DNA of 64,000 nucleotides from a virus, in the IMG/VR virus record IMGVR_UViG_3300017767_000004, positions 2,589 through 66,588 of that record. The stretch is one strand, 5' to 3'. The position numbers were made by a program, and so were the translations under genes. Under the pieces are notes generated by a model, which was given only the letters and a program-made list of their open reading frames with translations, did no database searches and had not been told where the DNA came from. Positions 56,218 through 64,000 of the stretch are shown here, piece after piece (position 1 is the first letter of the stretch; every line of letters begins with the position of its first letter).

Positions 56218-56605
56218 GAGATACAAAGTTGACCAACAAACTATTGACAGCATGAGGCTAATGCGATTGTCTGGAATAAGTTACGCCAAGATTGGTGCAG
56301 CGCATGGAGTATCGGGCTCAACTGCTCTGTATTGGATAGACGAAAAACAACGTCGAAAGCAACGGGAGAAAAATGCTAAGAGAACATATTCTCCAAAAGA
56401 CCTCAATCGAATTTCAAGGGACATGCAGAAGAGAAGAGATAATTGGAGAGAAAATCCAGATATGGTTTTACGCCATACTATTCAATCTGCAAAGGATGAA
56501 AAAAGGATCAATCGGAAAACTGTTCGAGGTATGACGATGAAAGATGCAATGAAAAAATTGAAGTCTGGAGAGCTTAAAACTCCAAATAACAAAATGAGGG
56601 ATTGA
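56210..56605 (+). CDS. HTH DNA-binding protein
   Basis: TIDSMRLMRLSGISYAKIGAAHGVSGSTALYWI; SD GGTGA. Confidence 0.75.
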   Translation: MDKRYKVDQQTIDSMRLMRLSGISYAKIGAAHGVSGSTALYWIDEKQRRKQREKNAKRTYSPKDLNRISRDMQKRRDNWRENPDMVLRHTIQSAKDEKRINRKTVRGMTMKDAMKKLKSGELKTPNNKMRD

Positions 56606-56606
56606 A

Positions 56607-56879
56607 TTGATAGAAGACGGAATTACAAATGGAAATGGTGTTGTAAGCCTGGGCGAAGGGGTATATGCTGCCACCCATGTTTACAATCGAATACGGTTGC
56701 CCATCGAGTTATGTCCAAACAAATCATGGGTTGATGTAAAAGAAATGCTGAATATTACGGTCAATGATTCCGATTCTCAGGCAATATTGTACAAACTTGA
56801 CCATGATGACTATGATGTGATTGTATTGGTCGATGGTTCTGGTGCTCGCTGGATTAAGAAATGGAGTGGTTGGGAATGA
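56607..56879 (+). CDS. Hypothetical protein
   Basis: TTG start after GAGG; operon context. Confidence 0.6.
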   Translation: MIEDGITNGNGVVSLGEGVYAATHVYNRIRLPIELCPNKSWVDVKEMLNITVNDSDSQAILYKLDHDDYDVIVLVDGSGARWIKKWSGWE

Positions 56880-57289
56880 ATGATTACGGTACAGACGTAA
56901 CTTGCGAAAAGTGGCTTGACATCAGCAATTGGGATTCTTCGAGAAAATTCTTTGCGGTTTGCCCTGGCTGTGGGGCTGGTGATATAATCGAGCAACCTGA
57001 AATGTGCGCCTGGTGTGGATTCAAATTAAGAGACGCAGCGAGGCTTCAATTGAGAAGTATTTTGATTAAAGAAATGGACAGGTTTGCTGGAAGGTCCACG
57101 TTGATGTATGATGATATACTTGATTCGTTGGAAGCAAAGATTGTATTTAATGAAAAGCAACTGGTAAAGACTTGTCATTCTTGTGGCGGCCAAAGAATAC
57201 CAGAAGGAATAGAATATTTGCATTATGTGCCAAAAAACGGTTTGTGTATGTTTGAACTTGATGAATGTGAAGATGCAGAGGTTGATTGA
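56876..57289 (+). CDS. Multi-Zn-finger protein
   Basis: CPGC, CAWC, CHSC and H...C motifs. Confidence 0.7.
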   Translation: MNDYGTDVTCEKWLDISNWDSSRKFFAVCPGCGAGDIIEQPEMCAWCGFKLRDAARLQLRSILIKEMDRFAGRSTLMYDDILDSLEAKIVFNEKQLVKTCHSCGGQRIPEGIEYLHYVPKNGLCMFELDECEDAEVD

Positions 57290-57541
57290 ATGGATCAAGA
57301 CTATTTTCATCGTAGAGGCCACCTTTATCGTACATTATTCAGTAATGCACCTTCAAGAATTAAATGTAGGATTTGCCAAAAAAGTTTCAAAAACCCTTTG
57401 TTTGAAGGCAGTTCTATAATCACCAAGGTATGCGAAGCATGTTCTTCAGAAATGATGCCCAAGACTAAAAGAAAAATCCAGGCTAAGATGAATAAACATA
57501 TTCAAGCTCCTAATTCCATTTATGGTTTGGCAAGGCGGTGA
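57290..57541 (+). CDS. Zn-finger protein
   Basis: CRIC...CEAC. Confidence 0.65.
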   Translation: MDQDYFHRRGHLYRTLFSNAPSRIKCRICQKSFKNPLFEGSSIITKVCEACSSEMMPKTKRKIQAKMNKHIQAPNSIYGLARR

Positions 57542-57546
57542 TTTAA

Positions 57547-57945
57547 GTGGATGCAATCAAATGTAATCAATGTGATAAGATTGGAATACAAAGTCAAGAA
57601 GAAGGAGTTTGTATTCTCTGCAAAATGGCCGATAAGCCTTTGAGGAATCCAAACGTAAATGGTTCTGGTAATTTTATCTGTCAAGCCCATGGTTGTAATT
57701 TACCGCTTAATACAGGAGAGTTAGTAATCAATTTAGACAGTTCTGTTCTTGAAGAATTTGGCCCTGAGCAAGTTCAAGCGGCAACACGCATGATTGTGAA
57801 AGTTATGTTCGCTGAAAAGGGTATGCTCTGCCCTGGGTGCATGACTAAATATGTTGGAAATGCCCTCGATGAAGTTGGTTTTTCTCTGATAGTGGCTATG
57901 CATCAGCATGATAAACGCCAGGAGTTCGAGGCGGAATGGCAATGA
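57547..57945 (+). CDS. Multi-Zn-finger protein
   Basis: CNQC, CILC, CQAHGC, CPGC; GTG after GGTGA. Confidence 0.7.
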   Translation: MDAIKCNQCDKIGIQSQEEGVCILCKMADKPLRNPNVNGSGNFICQAHGCNLPLNTGELVINLDSSVLEEFGPEQVQAATRMIVKVMFAEKGMLCPGCMTKYVGNALDEVGFSLIVAMHQHDKRQEFEAEWQ

Positions 57946-58148
57946 CTAATGTTGTAAAAAGGGACGGCAAGACCTTCTTGAAATTGGCTGACCAATTGGC
58001 TTATTCAGAGGTTGATCCTACTGCTAAAAGATTTCTAAATGAAGAAGGATATTCTATTGTTTTTTCAAGAAAGGAAACCAAAAAATATGATGGTTTTTAC
58101 TTGACTACATATTCCCTTTTTGGATGGAGAGGTGGGAAAAATGTTTGA
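57942..58148 (+). CDS. Small hypothetical protein
   Basis: ATGA overlap; SD GAGG. Confidence 0.6.
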   Translation: MTNVVKRDGKTFLKLADQLAYSEVDPTAKRFLNEEGYSIVFSRKETKKYDGFYLTTYSLFGWRGGKNV

Positions 58149-58563
58149 AGAAATAGACGAAATATTGCAGGAAAATACGAGAAAGATAAGTGCATTGATA
58201 AATTCCGATTCAACGAGAAGATGGTATTGGTCAACATTGCAAGCGGAAGTAATGCATGTAATGACTCAAACAATTGAAGAATTGCTCAAGTTTGATAACC
58301 CTACTGAAGCAATGCGTGTTTATCTGGATAGATTGTCCTACGGTATGCAATTGGTTGACAGAAGAAACCCCTCGAAATGGAGCATGAGGCAGGTTGACAT
58401 AGCCTTCAACGGAGGGCCAATTTCAACATCTATTATCCCAAAAAGCGATGGAGAGCTTGAACGTGTAGAGAATAAGCCCAATGTGCAAGACTTAGTTGAG
58501 GCGTTCCGAGATCAATTAGAATATTCAGGGTCATTTGACGGAGCCGATTCAGATGAGTCTTGA
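58141..58563 (+). CDS. Hypothetical protein
   Basis: SD GAGGTGG; operon context. Confidence 0.7.
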   Translation: MFEEIDEILQENTRKISALINSDSTRRWYWSTLQAEVMHVMTQTIEELLKFDNPTEAMRVYLDRLSYGMQLVDRRNPSKWSMRQVDIAFNGGPISTSIIPKSDGELERVENKPNVQDLVEAFRDQLEYSGSFDGADSDES

Positions 58564-58720
58564 AGAATTTGATTGGTCACTTGATATGTTTGTCAAATGC
58601 CTAATTTCATGGTTTATCTTACCGTTTGTCATTTGCGCTTGGCCTGTATTGCATTGGAAATACCAATTATCCCCTTCGAGGAATTCTGCCGCCAGCCCTT
58701 CTGAGCATAGCGACCCTTGA
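58553..58720 (+). CDS. Small single-TM protein
   Basis: CLISWFILPFVICAWPVL; 3' end overlaps the GP88-like gene. Confidence 0.5.
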   Translation: MSLEEFDWSLDMFVKCLISWFILPFVICAWPVLHWKYQLSPSRNSAASPSEHSDP

Positions 58721-59773
58721 ACCATTTACTGTTCTTGCGTATGCTCCAGGTGTGTAAACGGCATAAGCCGTGACAGTTTTACCGCCTATGCTCGGTCTAT
58801 GCTCAATAACTCTGGCTTTCCGGCCACCATCCCTAAGTAAATTAGCAGTTTTTTCTGCTACCTTCTTTGATACTTTTGATTGGATTGGGACAAAATCCTC
58901 GCCCTTATCGAATCTCCTTTGGCCGATAATTGAAGGGTCCCTTAATGCCTTTTTCTTGTATTGTTCTAAATTAGTTGTGTCGATGATTCCATTGCCATAA
59001 AGGACAAACCCAGTAGTGTCATAGATAGCCTGCCCCTTGGCAGACAAACCTACGACTGATTTTGGTGGATCAAGAAAACGTAAATCGGAGTCATCGCCGT
59101 CAATTACTTTCCAAGTTAATCCACCTGGTCCTGTCCACTTTGTAGGAACTTGATTTTTGCCAAAAACAACTGCGACGTTTTGTTTCCTATCCATTGCTTG
59201 AGCCACAAACTTATCGTTGTCTTCAGAACGAGAAAATGTCAAAGAATAGTTTGGTAGTGGGTTAATATCTCGGTTCGGTACTTTTGTGTAATCGTAGAAT
59301 TCAACTTCTGGAAAATATTCGAATATTGTTTTCTTTTCTCCGTTTCCATCGTCAAATTCTATTCGTTCCCATCGAATATCCGATGTTCCATTTAATCTAA
59401 ATACAGGGGTCATCCCTCGATTCTTTGCAGTTTTCATCTTAGATTCTATTTCTTTCTTTAGCCGAAGCATGAATGCCTCTTTGTCTTCATTGAAAAATTT
59501 GGTTCTGTTAATACGTGCATTTTGGACTGTCGATGTGCAGCCCAAGCCAGAAGTATTCAAACAAGCTGAAGCACAACCTTTACTGGCTGAAGAGCAAGTA
59601 TTTACTCCAGATAGCGTTGCTGGGGCTAAGTGTAAAATGGCTGTTTGATAACCATACTTTTCGCCCTTCAGCGTTTTGTAATTAGAAGTCCCGAGTAACG
59701 ATGATGTACCCCACTTGTCCGACATTTCCTTCGTGGAAATAACTGGCTTGGATGATTTGGATTTGTCCACCAT
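58667..59773 (-). CDS. GP88-like (radical-SAM-related) phage protein with C-terminal shared module
   Basis: HLAPA...NTCSSASKGCASACL...VFRLNGTSD..WE...FYDYTK...YSLTFSRSE...NVAVVF...VIDGDDSDLRFLD...VVGLSAKG; tail RRFDKGEDF...AEKTANLLRDGGRKARVI...YAVY. Confidence 0.85.
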   Translation of the reverse strand: MVDKSKSSKPVISTKEMSDKWGTSSLLGTSNYKTLKGEKYGYQTAILHLAPATLSGVNTCSSASKGCASACLNTSGLGCTSTVQNARINRTKFFNEDKEAFMLRLKKEIESKMKTAKNRGMTPVFRLNGTSDIRWERIEFDDGNGEKKTIFEYFPEVEFYDYTKVPNRDINPLPNYSLTFSRSEDNDKFVAQAMDRKQNVAVVFGKNQVPTKWTGPGGLTWKVIDGDDSDLRFLDPPKSVVGLSAKGQAIYDTTGFVLYGNGIIDTTNLEQYKKKALRDPSIIGQRRFDKGEDFVPIQSKVSKKVAEKTANLLRDGGRKARVIEHRPSIGGKTVTAYAVYTPGAYARTVNGSRVAMLRRAGGRIPRRG

Positions 59774-59834
59774 GGCTTTTGGATCATATCATTGAATAAA
59801 AATACAGCTATTGTATTGAGTTGATTTGCATAGA

Positions 59835-60170
59835 TCAATGCGTTGTTGCTGGAGGGCCTGGCACTTCATTTGTTATGTCATATTTACCGAGCGTCCATAT
59901 TTTTTGTGAAATAAGTATTGCAAATATTGTTTGTAACGTTGCTGAAAATAAGAGAACTAATTTCATATCTTCAGGAAGGCCAATTCCTCCAACCGCATTA
60001 GTTGAATTTTTTGTCATATCCCAAAACATGAAAATAACCGTATTCATCATCATGGCATTAAGCAATAACCCTCCAATAATGAATATCTTGTTTTCTTTGA
60101 TGAATGCTGATGATTTTGTTTTCTTACTGCTGAGGATCAGCAATCGCGGTATGCTCTGGAATTTAGTCAT
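59835..60170 (-). CDS. Two-TM membrane protein
   Basis: Two hydrophobic helices; ATG 60170 after AAGGTGA. Confidence 0.7.
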   Translation of the reverse strand: MTKFQSIPRLLILSSKKTKSSAFIKENKIFIIGGLLLNAMMMNTVIFMFWDMTKNSTNAVGGIGLPEDMKLVLLFSATLQTIFAILISQKIWTLGKYDITNEVPGPPATTH

Positions 60171-60356
60171 ATTATTCACCTTATTTTTTCTTATTTTTTG
60201 GTCTCAGCTTATGGATTTTGATTTCTCTTCTTCTCTATTACTCTAATTAGTCTAATTGTCTTGTCAAACCGAAGTACTCGCGTACGTGTAGTAGCATATA
60301 CTTAGTCAGCCGAGAATCCAGAATATAGGATTGAATATTCTTTTTCGAGAAATACA

Positions 60357-61736
60357 TCAAATCAGCCCTGCGGTCAAATCCCATAATACGGGCTTCTTAT
60401 TTCTGGTTGGTAGTTCTTTTGCTAAGGTTCTGGAAAGATTCTTTATTCTTTCAGGGCAGTTATCAAACTTATTTCTGTGTCCCCAGCGTTGTAATGGTCC
60501 ACCTCCACCCATTCTTTCTTTTTCTGCCCCTCCTTTACCATACAAAACTTCTGAAATTGCTGCCCACTGCATACTCGCACCTCGCATTATTTGTCGGTTG
60601 ATTCTTTCTCTAACCTGTTCGATGTTTTCTGTATCGGGCGTTATTCCGATGAATGAATGGTATTCAGCCATCTTTTCTTCATCTTCAATATTCTTTTCAA
60701 TTAACTGAATTTCTTCTTTTGCTAAGTTATTGCATCTCATCAAAACACATTCGGGAGGCCACGGCGCACCTGATAATTCAAGGGATTTAGACTTCTTCAA
60801 ATCCTCTCGCCATTCCATCCAAGTTGGAGGTTTTGTTTCATAGAAGGTTAGCCATGTTCCTTGATCCCCTTGGTCTTCATTCAATTGAGTCATCGCCAAC
60901 CCTGGGTCTTTCCTTTTCATTTCTGGAATTATTGCTCGGTAAACTTCTCTAAAGGTGGCGATTGGCATGTCTTCGAGTCTTTCTCTAAGTTGCCTCAGTC
61001 CTGAAAATCGGTCATATGTCAGCCCATCCATGTCCCTGCCCCTCTTAGCCGCCATCTTTGCTTGAACCATATTCATTATTGTCCACACGTTGTAGTGTCT
61101 GGAACGAGTCAATTTTTCTGCCCACTTTTTTTGGTCTTTCGAAACTGCACCTGACCTCAAAGCAAGTGGTACTTCGTCATAAACTTCGAGCAGTGGAAAG
61201 TTTGCCTCTTGACGGTCTGTTACGAACCAATCAGGACACCTAAACCATCCTGGCTCTGCTGGGACATAGCCATTTACATCGCCGTAAACATATACCCGAG
61301 GGTCGCCGTATTCGAACGACAACTTCCATTCTTTCGCTTCATTCAGCCATGTTTCGGCCATCCCATAACTAAAAATCGATTTTCCTTGGCCTCTATCGCC
61401 AAAAACCCAAAGAATTTCGCACTTCCTTTCGCATGTAAAACCAACCTCAAGTAGTCTTGAGGGATAAAGGATAAGTGGGGCGTTATTCTTTGTACCACTA
61501 CCATCCAATGTATTATCTCTACCTACTGGAATGATTTTGGTCCAAGAAGCCCAGCGATTGAAAAACCATTTCAAGGTGGTCATATCTGTCCCTCCTTGGC
61601 AATATGTTCTGTAAGCCCTCCGAAGTGTTGCAAATATTTCTGGTGGCATTCCTCTATCGATACAAGCTCTATTGAAGTCGTCCCAACTCAAGAATTTCTC
61701 TCCGCCTGATTTAGCCATTTTTACACCCGCATACAT
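60357..61736 (-). CDS. P-loop ATPase, FtsK/HerA superfamily (A32/Zot/pleolipovirus-type pattern)
   Basis: Walker A GDRGQGKS, Walker B LEVYDE, then TRSRH.N.WTI..MVQ (Arg-finger/Gln pattern). Confidence 0.75.
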   Translation of the reverse strand: MYAGVKMAKSGGEKFLSWDDFNRACIDRGMPPEIFATLRRAYRTYCQGGTDMTTLKWFFNRWASWTKIIPVGRDNTLDGSGTKNNAPLILYPSRLLEVGFTCERKCEILWVFGDRGQGKSIFSYGMAETWLNEAKEWKLSFEYGDPRVYVYGDVNGYVPAEPGWFRCPDWFVTDRQEANFPLLEVYDEVPLALRSGAVSKDQKKWAEKLTRSRHYNVWTIMNMVQAKMAAKRGRDMDGLTYDRFSGLRQLRERLEDMPIATFREVYRAIIPEMKRKDPGLAMTQLNEDQGDQGTWLTFYETKPPTWMEWREDLKKSKSLELSGAPWPPECVLMRCNNLAKEEIQLIEKNIEDEEKMAEYHSFIGITPDTENIEQVRERINRQIMRGASMQWAAISEVLYGKGGAEKERMGGGGPLQRWGHRNKFDNCPERIKNLSRTLAKELPTRNKKPVLWDLTAGLI

Positions 61737-61837
61737 TCAAATGAATTTCACACTTCAAACAAAACCATTCACCGCAATCACACAACACAACCCAATTTAA
61801 CGATGGGTGTACCTTTTGGCTCGGGTGAATGTAAATT

Positions 61838-62758
61838 TCATTCCTCCTGGTCACTGCCATTTTTAATCAAATCTCCCTCGTTAAGTTCTGCCAATTCAAG
61901 TAGTTGATCCTCAGTTAAAACCGAGTCCAGGCTTTCAAGAATAGTTTCTGTATCCATTTGTTCATCTAAGTTAGATTCAGGCAAGCAATCTATGCAACTT
62001 TCAACCATGTACATTCCGTCTTCGTCTTCAGCAACAACATAAGGTTTGACCATATTGCAATATGGGCAACGTCCTGTTGGTATGTCCTGGGGAGTTGGTC
62101 GCAAGTGGTTGCCTTCTTCTTCATCCATAGCCAATTCTCGCATCATTTCTTGGTCTGCAATCATTTCCCTCATCGCTGCATTATCTGCAACTCTCTGCTC
62201 ATGGGCCATTGCTTCGGTTCTCCTTCTTTGCATTTCTGCTTCTGCCGATGAAAGCACCGTTGATAATGATTCTTTGTCGTGTTTGTTCTTGGAAAACAAT
62301 TTGGCTAAATCCTCTGTGTTAGCGCCCATCTGAGTCAATTGCATAAGGGACTGGGCAAGTTGAATTTGAAGTTTGGCTGTCGTTTCTGCGAGTTCCGCCT
62401 GCCTTATTGCTGAAGCCATCGCTATATTTTTTGGCTCGAGGTATTCTAATTGCTGCCTCGACATACGCATTGCAACTGCTTGAGCATAATCTCCTAAATC
62501 ATCAGGCCACATTGCCCAATGGATCAATATACCATTTTCTAAGGGCATCCCTACTTGTTCCAAAAAAGAATGTTCTGCCGATGCTAATTTTAACCAAAGG
62601 ATATGTTTAGCCCTTGGAGGGAGATATGACCATGAATCCGTCATAGAGAGAATCATGGTGTCAATAAATCTAAACTGATCGTTTAGCCTATCGGCAACGG
62701 GAACCATGAACAAATCTCGGCCACTTCTCGGTTGAGGTCCTGATGGTCCGTTATTCAC
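61838..62758 (-). CDS. Coiled-coil protein with Zn ribbon and acidic tail
   Basis: Long heptad region; CPYC...CIDC. Confidence 0.7.
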   Translation of the reverse strand: MNNGPSGPQPRSGRDLFMVPVADRLNDQFRFIDTMILSMTDSWSYLPPRAKHILWLKLASAEHSFLEQVGMPLENGILIHWAMWPDDLGDYAQAVAMRMSRQQLEYLEPKNIAMASAIRQAELAETTAKLQIQLAQSLMQLTQMGANTEDLAKLFSKNKHDKESLSTVLSSAEAEMQRRRTEAMAHEQRVADNAAMREMIADQEMMRELAMDEEEGNHLRPTPQDIPTGRCPYCNMVKPYVVAEDEDGMYMVESCIDCLPESNLDEQMDTETILESLDSVLTEDQLLELAELNEGDLIKNGSDQEE

Positions 62759-62762
62759 TTTT

Positions 62763-63134
62763 TCAACCCTCCAGGTAATACCAACCGTTGATTATAGTTG
62801 CAAATGAAATCCATAGCACGTAAGGAACGAGAAGATATGCTGCTGTCGAGTTGTATGGATAAATTAACACAACGTATGCAATGGAAAAGGCAACCATGCC
62901 GATTATGATTAAGAATGACATGAAATAGTCTGACTCATCAAAGAATGACGCCCATATCAAATTCAAAGCGAGTTGAAATCCAAACAAAACAAAGATTTCA
63001 GCAGGTATTTTTTCTCTGTCATTCCAAGCTACTACAATTGAAAAAAGCATTGTAGCATAAAGGAAAAACCATACAGGTCCAAATATCCAAGAAGGAGGTT
63101 GAAACCAAGGCTTGTTTGCAGCATCGAAACTCAA
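62763..63134 (-). CDS. tspO: TspO/MBR tryptophan-rich sensory protein, lacking the first TM helix
   Basis: KPWFQPPSWIFGPVW..LY; FQLALN.IW; LLVPY..W..FAT.IN; TTG start directly after the upstream TGA. Confidence 0.9.
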   Translation of the reverse strand: MSFDAANKPWFQPPSWIFGPVWFFLYATMLFSIVVAWNDREKIPAEIFVLFGFQLALNLIWASFFDESDYFMSFLIIIGMVAFSIAYVVLIYPYNSTAAYLLVPYVLWISFATIINGWYYLEG

Positions 63135-63830
63135 TCAACCAACTCCATCGATTTGATCCATTTGACCTGCAACATATCTTTGTGAAATCTCTTCGAGTTG
63201 TTGTTCCCTAAATCCTTGTCGCATTGCGAGGTCTTCCTCGGCAGCAATTTGGCCTCTTGACATAGAACCTGCCGTAGTCCTAAACTCAATGTCAACATCT
63301 TGTCCGTCAATCTCAAGCACATTTGCAGTTATGTGAACGATGTTTCTATATCTGGATGCTATGTCTTTCCTAACGCGTAATATTTTCTTATCCCTTCGAG
63401 TCATTATGAAGTGTCCTCCTGTGTCCTCAATTCGCCTTAAAGTGGTGATTCTCGGAATACCTGGGTCGTTCTCCACCCAATGTAGTTTAGGCCGTGAATT
63501 TTGAAGTACAAAGGACGCAATCATTCCAATAGTAGTGAAAAATCCAATGTAAATCATTATTTCGAATCTGGAGAAGGTAGGCGTTGCGAAAAATGATTCC
63601 ATAGGGCCGTAAAACCATGCCCCAAATGCTCCAAGCGGGACGGCAATCCATCCCAAAATAAGTATAATACCTGCAAAAATTAGGCCAGTAGCCCAACCCT
63701 CAATCCTTGCACCCTCTCTGTCTCCTGGGTTCGATTGGTCTTGTTGTTGCTGTGGTTGAGCAGGCATTCCGAGCAATTGTTGCATTAGCATTGGATCATC
63801 AAATAACATATCTTCTTCTGGCGGTTGCAT
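63135..63830 (-). CDS. Two-TM membrane protein with soluble C-terminal domain
   Basis: ATG 63830 after GGAAGGAG; two hydrophobic helices. Confidence 0.7.
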   Translation of the reverse strand: MQPPEEDMLFDDPMLMQQLLGMPAQPQQQQDQSNPGDREGARIEGWATGLIFAGIILILGWIAVPLGAFGAWFYGPMESFFATPTFSRFEIMIYIGFFTTIGMIASFVLQNSRPKLHWVENDPGIPRITTLRRIEDTGGHFIMTRRDKKILRVRKDIASRYRNIVHITANVLEIDGQDVDIEFRTTAGSMSRGQIAAEEDLAMRQGFREQQLEEISQRYVAGQMDQIDGVG

Positions 63831-63831
63831 T

Positions 63832-64000
63832 TTACCATCTCCTTCCATAACGGTTTTGTCTATCCCAATATTCTTTTTCCTGTTGCTCTCTCAATCTTCG
63901 TTCTCGTCGTCGTTGAGACCATCCAGGCATATTGTCTGTGCCATCGTCTTTACGTTGTCTCAGAGATTGTTCTCTAAATTTATTGTAAAAAGCAAAGCAT
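63832..64000 (-). CDS. 3' end of a hypothetical gene starting beyond the window
   Basis: Open frame ...AFYNKFREQSLRQRKDDG...RRRERRLREQQEKEYWDRQNRYGRRW*. Confidence 0.55.
   Translation of the reverse strand, partial: CFAFYNKFREQSLRQRKDDGTDNMPGWSQRRRERRLREQQEKEYWDRQNRYGRRW

Noticed and set aside
60357-61736. Terminase large subunit
   Set aside because: No recognisable C-terminal RNase H-like nuclease domain, and the RH/Q pattern fits FtsK/HerA-type ATPases.
1-64000. Eukaryotic giant virus or mirusvirus origin (heliorhodopsin, DUF5754- and DUF5824-like domains)
   Set aside because: Pervasive SD motifs, NTGA overlaps, TTG/GTG starts and RHH regulators indicate prokaryotic translation.

Overview
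Gene-dense 64-kb segment with no housekeeping genes, rRNA, tRNA or CRISPR array. It reads as part of a large virus or extrachromosomal element of a marine archaeon, with a Poseidoniales/Marine Group II-like Thermoplasmatota host as the best guess (inference). Support for this: GGAGG/GGTGA ribosome-binding sites, NTGA gene overlaps, leaderless ATG genes about 30 nt behind a TATA-like box, TSP3-repeat and N-x-S/T-rich surface proteins, RHH/wHTH regulators and many Zn-ribbon micro-genes. Layout: (i) 1-16.6 kb: strawberry-notch-like helicase, DUF6884-like protein, very large membrane-anchored surface proteins and a divergent RHH/wHTH cassette. (ii) 16.6-52.4 kb: an uninterrupted + strand block in which 21 of 27 proteins (heliorhodopsin, zincin protease, DNA ligase and many unknowns) carry the same basic ~50-aa half-SPOR-like module at an end, and five of the six untagged proteins are polytopic membrane proteins, one of them a degenerate type-1 rhodopsin. 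(iii) 52.6-58.7 kb: small early-type genes (DUF932, DUF3846, HTH, Zn fingers). (iv) 58.7-64 kb, minus strand: GP88-like protein (also tagged), FtsK/HerA-A32/Zot-type ATPase, TspO and membrane proteins. Eight gene starts share a bipartite promoter, TGTG-N22/23-TT[C/G]A[A/T]A-N23/25-ATG. No capsid, portal, terminase or polymerase gene is recognisable. Family names come from remembered motif patterns, not from database searches.
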